From Macrostomum lignano (taxonomy: Eukaryota), in contig NIVC01002433.1 of NCBI GenBank assembly GCA_002269645.1, positions 1 to 64,000 on the forward strand: a stretch of DNA of 64,000 bases, written 5' to 3'. Position 1 is the first letter of the stretch. Each line of letters begins with the position of its first letter. Positions 61,006 to 64,000 of the stretch are shown one piece after another. The position numbers were made by a program, and so were the translations under genes. A model generated the notes under the pieces. That model was not told the DNA's origin. It saw nothing but the letters and a program-made list of their open reading frames with translations, and did not search any database.

Positions 61006-61822
61006 TTCTTTTAATAATCAGAGCGGGTTCTATCTAACCCAGGTAGTACTTTAAGAATTGGAATCGAGCCGAACTCAAGCGTGACAAATTTTAAAAACAG
61101 ATTTTTGATTGAGAAGTTACTACCTGTACGATATTAAAAACTCTTATTTTAATTGTTAAGATGCCCAAATTTAGTAAATTCTTAATTTCATAAGAAATAA
61201 ACAATAAACAATAAGAAATAAGAAACAATAATAAACAAGGTGGCTAATTTTTGTATCTAAATAATTGCTTATTTCATAAAGTTTGTAATAATTTTGTTAT
61301 AATGTCCCATAATTTTCGGCTTTAAAACATCTGTTTTAATCAGTTTTTCGTTATTTTAGTTACTTGTTTTAATCCTCGGTTCTAATCGCTAGCTAGTTTT
61401 GCGTCAGATTAGATGTGTTTGTTATATTTTATTAGAACAAAATTTAAGTCCTTTTTCCTAGGAAAAATAAAATATTTTTCAATAATGCTGTAATTATTCA
61501 GATTAAAAGTTTCTTTAGCTTATATAACTATGTACCCAGACCGATGCACTTGATAACATTTTTTTCTCGAAGCTAATTTTATATTACCTAATTTTCATTG
61601 CTTCATGCTCTTATGAAAAGTTTTCCTCTTGCTACTATGTTTAATGTTTAAAAAAATATTTTTCCAAAATACGATTGCAGCCACTTAATTATACGCAAAG
61701 AAGTTTGTTTAATAAAAAAATATACTAATCCTAAACCATTTTGTTTTATCGTTATGTGGCCGAAATCATTGGTGTTTTTTATTGAAATAAAAATCAAACT
61801 GCTCCTGCTCAACGAATGTTTC

Positions 61823-62491
61823 TGGTATGGTATCGTGGCATTATGGTTTCTAGTATCATTGTGCCTGGTATCATTGATGTCTGGTATCATGGTGTCTGGT
61901 ATCAGTGATGTCTGGTATCATTGTGCCTGGTATCATTGATGTCTGGTATCATGGTGTCTGGTATCATGGTGTCTGGTATCATGGTGTCTGGTATCATGGT
62001 GTCTGGTATCATGGTGTCTGGTATCATGGTGTCTGGTATCATGGTGTCTGGTATCATGGTGTCTGGTATCATGGTGTCTGGTATCATGGTGTCTGGTATC
62101 ATGGTGTCTGGTATCATGGTGTCTGGTATCATGGTGTCTGGTATCATGGTGTCTGGTATCATGGTGTCTGGTATCATGGTGTCTGGTATCATGGTGTCTG
62201 GTATCAGTGATGTCTGGTATCATGGTGTCTGGTATCATGGTGTCTGGTATCATGGTGTCTGGTATCATGGTGTCTGGTATCATGGTGTCTGGTATCATGG
62301 TGTCTGGTATCATGGTGTCTGGTATCATGGTGTCTGGTATCATGGTGTCTGGTATCATGGTGTCTGGTATCATGGTGTCTGGTATCATGGTGTCTGGTAT
62401 CATGGTGTCTGGTATCATGGTGTCTGGTATCATGGTGTCTGGTATCATGGTGTCTGGTATCATGGTGTCTGGTATCATGGTGTCTGGTATC
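61823..62491. repeat. 15-bp minisatellite, about 44 copies
   Basis: GGTATCATGGTGTCT, near-perfect from 61948. Confidence 0.95.
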
Positions 62492-63229
62492 AATCAAGGT
62501 GTTTTATGTCTGGAATCTACGTCAAAACTAAGCCATATTGATTTGAGATTTGAAAACAAGGCCGTTTGAGATAGTATACTCGTAGTTGAGCCCATTTGAA
62601 AGATACATTCTCATTGCATCATCCTCATAGCTAGTCAAAAAGACGCAACAAAGTCAGATCCCTGAGGGTGGCCATCGTTTCCATGGCAACGCGGGGAAGG
62701 ATGAAGGGAAGGGAGGGAGGGCAGATAACAGCTTAAGTGCTAAAACCTCTAAAAACCAACTGCCCCATCACCCCAGCAGCTGTCAACTGGTAACCTCGCG
62801 CAAGCGGCCATCATAAACCAATTAACTATGAGCAGCGTTTAAAAGAACTCAATTCGACTCTCTCTGACTTCAGGGGGTCGTTGATAAAACCCACAATCAT
62901 GCAGCTAGCAGTAAAAAGTTGCAATTAGTTAAAACCTTTATTGATTTGGCAGTGAGGACACCAACCCCACCAACCTCTGAACTGCAGCTCACAAGAATTC
63001 AGAAGTTATCCCGAAGGTAGTTCCACACAGCTACGAGTACATGACATGCCATACTCCAGCCTTGTGTTATGCCATTTTTGATCAACTCCTAATACAAGAA
63101 TTCAAGTTTTTAGCGTGTAAACTTGTATGAGTGATATTACTTTATAAAAGAATACGTAGAAAAAGCAAAAAGTCTGTCAGACTCCATATTGAGACACGTA
63201 CCATATAAGCTTCATATACCAGATATATA

Positions 63230-63870
63230 CCAAGCACCAGACATCAAATATATTACTCAGACATCAGACATCAGACGCCAGACATCAGAAATCGAGAAAT
63301 GAGACACCAGATATCAGACACCAGACATCAGACACAAGACATCAGACATCAGACACCAGAGATCAGATATCACTCAGATATCAGACACAAGACATCAGAC
63401 ACCAGAGATCAGATATCACTCAGATATCAGACACAAGACATCAGACATCAGACACCAGAGATCAGGTATCATTCAGATATCAGACACCAGACATCAGACT
63501 TTAGACACCAGACATCAGACACAAGACATCAGACATCAGACACCAGAGATCAGATATCACTCAGATATCAGACACAAGACATCAGACACCAGAGATCAGG
63601 TATCATTCAGATATCAGACACCAGACATCAGACTTTAGACACCAGACATCAGACACAAGACATCAGACATCAGGCACCAGAGATCAGATATCACCCAGAC
63701 ATCAGACACAAGACATCAGGCACTAGAGATCAAATATCACCCAGACATCAGACACAAGACATCAGGCACCAGAGATCAGATATCACCCAGACATCAGACA
63801 CAAGACATCAGGCATCAGAAATCTGACACCAGACATCAGACTTTAGACATCAGACATCAGACATCAAACA
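63230..63870. repeat. Composite repeat built on 7-bp CAGACAT-like units
   Basis: GACATCA/GACACCA/GACACAA/GAGATCA/GATATCA units in higher-order blocks. Confidence 0.9.
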
Positions 63871-64000
63871 TGTACATTTGCGCTGAAGCCTGCTAGATGC
63901 TATTCTTGACATAAATGTAAATCATAAAAAAAACAGTAAAGTCAGTGTTGCTGAATATGTGGAGTTTAATTTTATTGATGAGTCTTTCAGAGACAATTCA

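Noticed and set aside
61902-63826. ORFs (MIPDT)n, (HDTRH)n, (GVWYH)n and 63299-63826
   Set aside because: Artefacts of tandem repeats with no non-repeat coding context.

Overview
Eukaryotic, intron-containing invertebrate genomic DNA. The composition and gene types are reminiscent of a free-living flatworm such as Macrostomum, but that is an unverified impression. No CRISPR array, rRNA gene or true tRNA gene was found. The first ~47 kb is a nested transposon graveyard. It holds three head-to-tail Jockey/I-type LINEs (1-10159), a Gypsy LTR element inserted into the third, and a 50-bp satellite. It also holds an EnSpm/CACTA-like element interrupted by a mariner, a second Gypsy with extra ORFs, a spliced hAT-like transposase, RTE fragments, SINEs and MITEs. 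The last ~17 kb holds three spliced host genes for secreted proteins (PAN/apple-like exon plus an ALK-type glycine-rich domain, or plus an F-type lectin domain) among minisatellites. The headline observation is that two diverged LINE families (elements B and C) both carry an AlkB (ALKBH2/3-like Fe(II)/2-oxoglutarate dioxygenase) domain at the N-terminus of ORF1, upstream of the three Gag-type zinc knuckles, with the HxD...H...RxxxxxR catalytic set intact. This points to a retrotransposon that carries its own nucleic-acid demethylase/repair enzyme. Secondary observations include a shared 16-nt junction motif in the LINE array, a BEN-domain ORF directly after a Gypsy pol, and a MEF2/AP-1/CRE cluster in the LTR.
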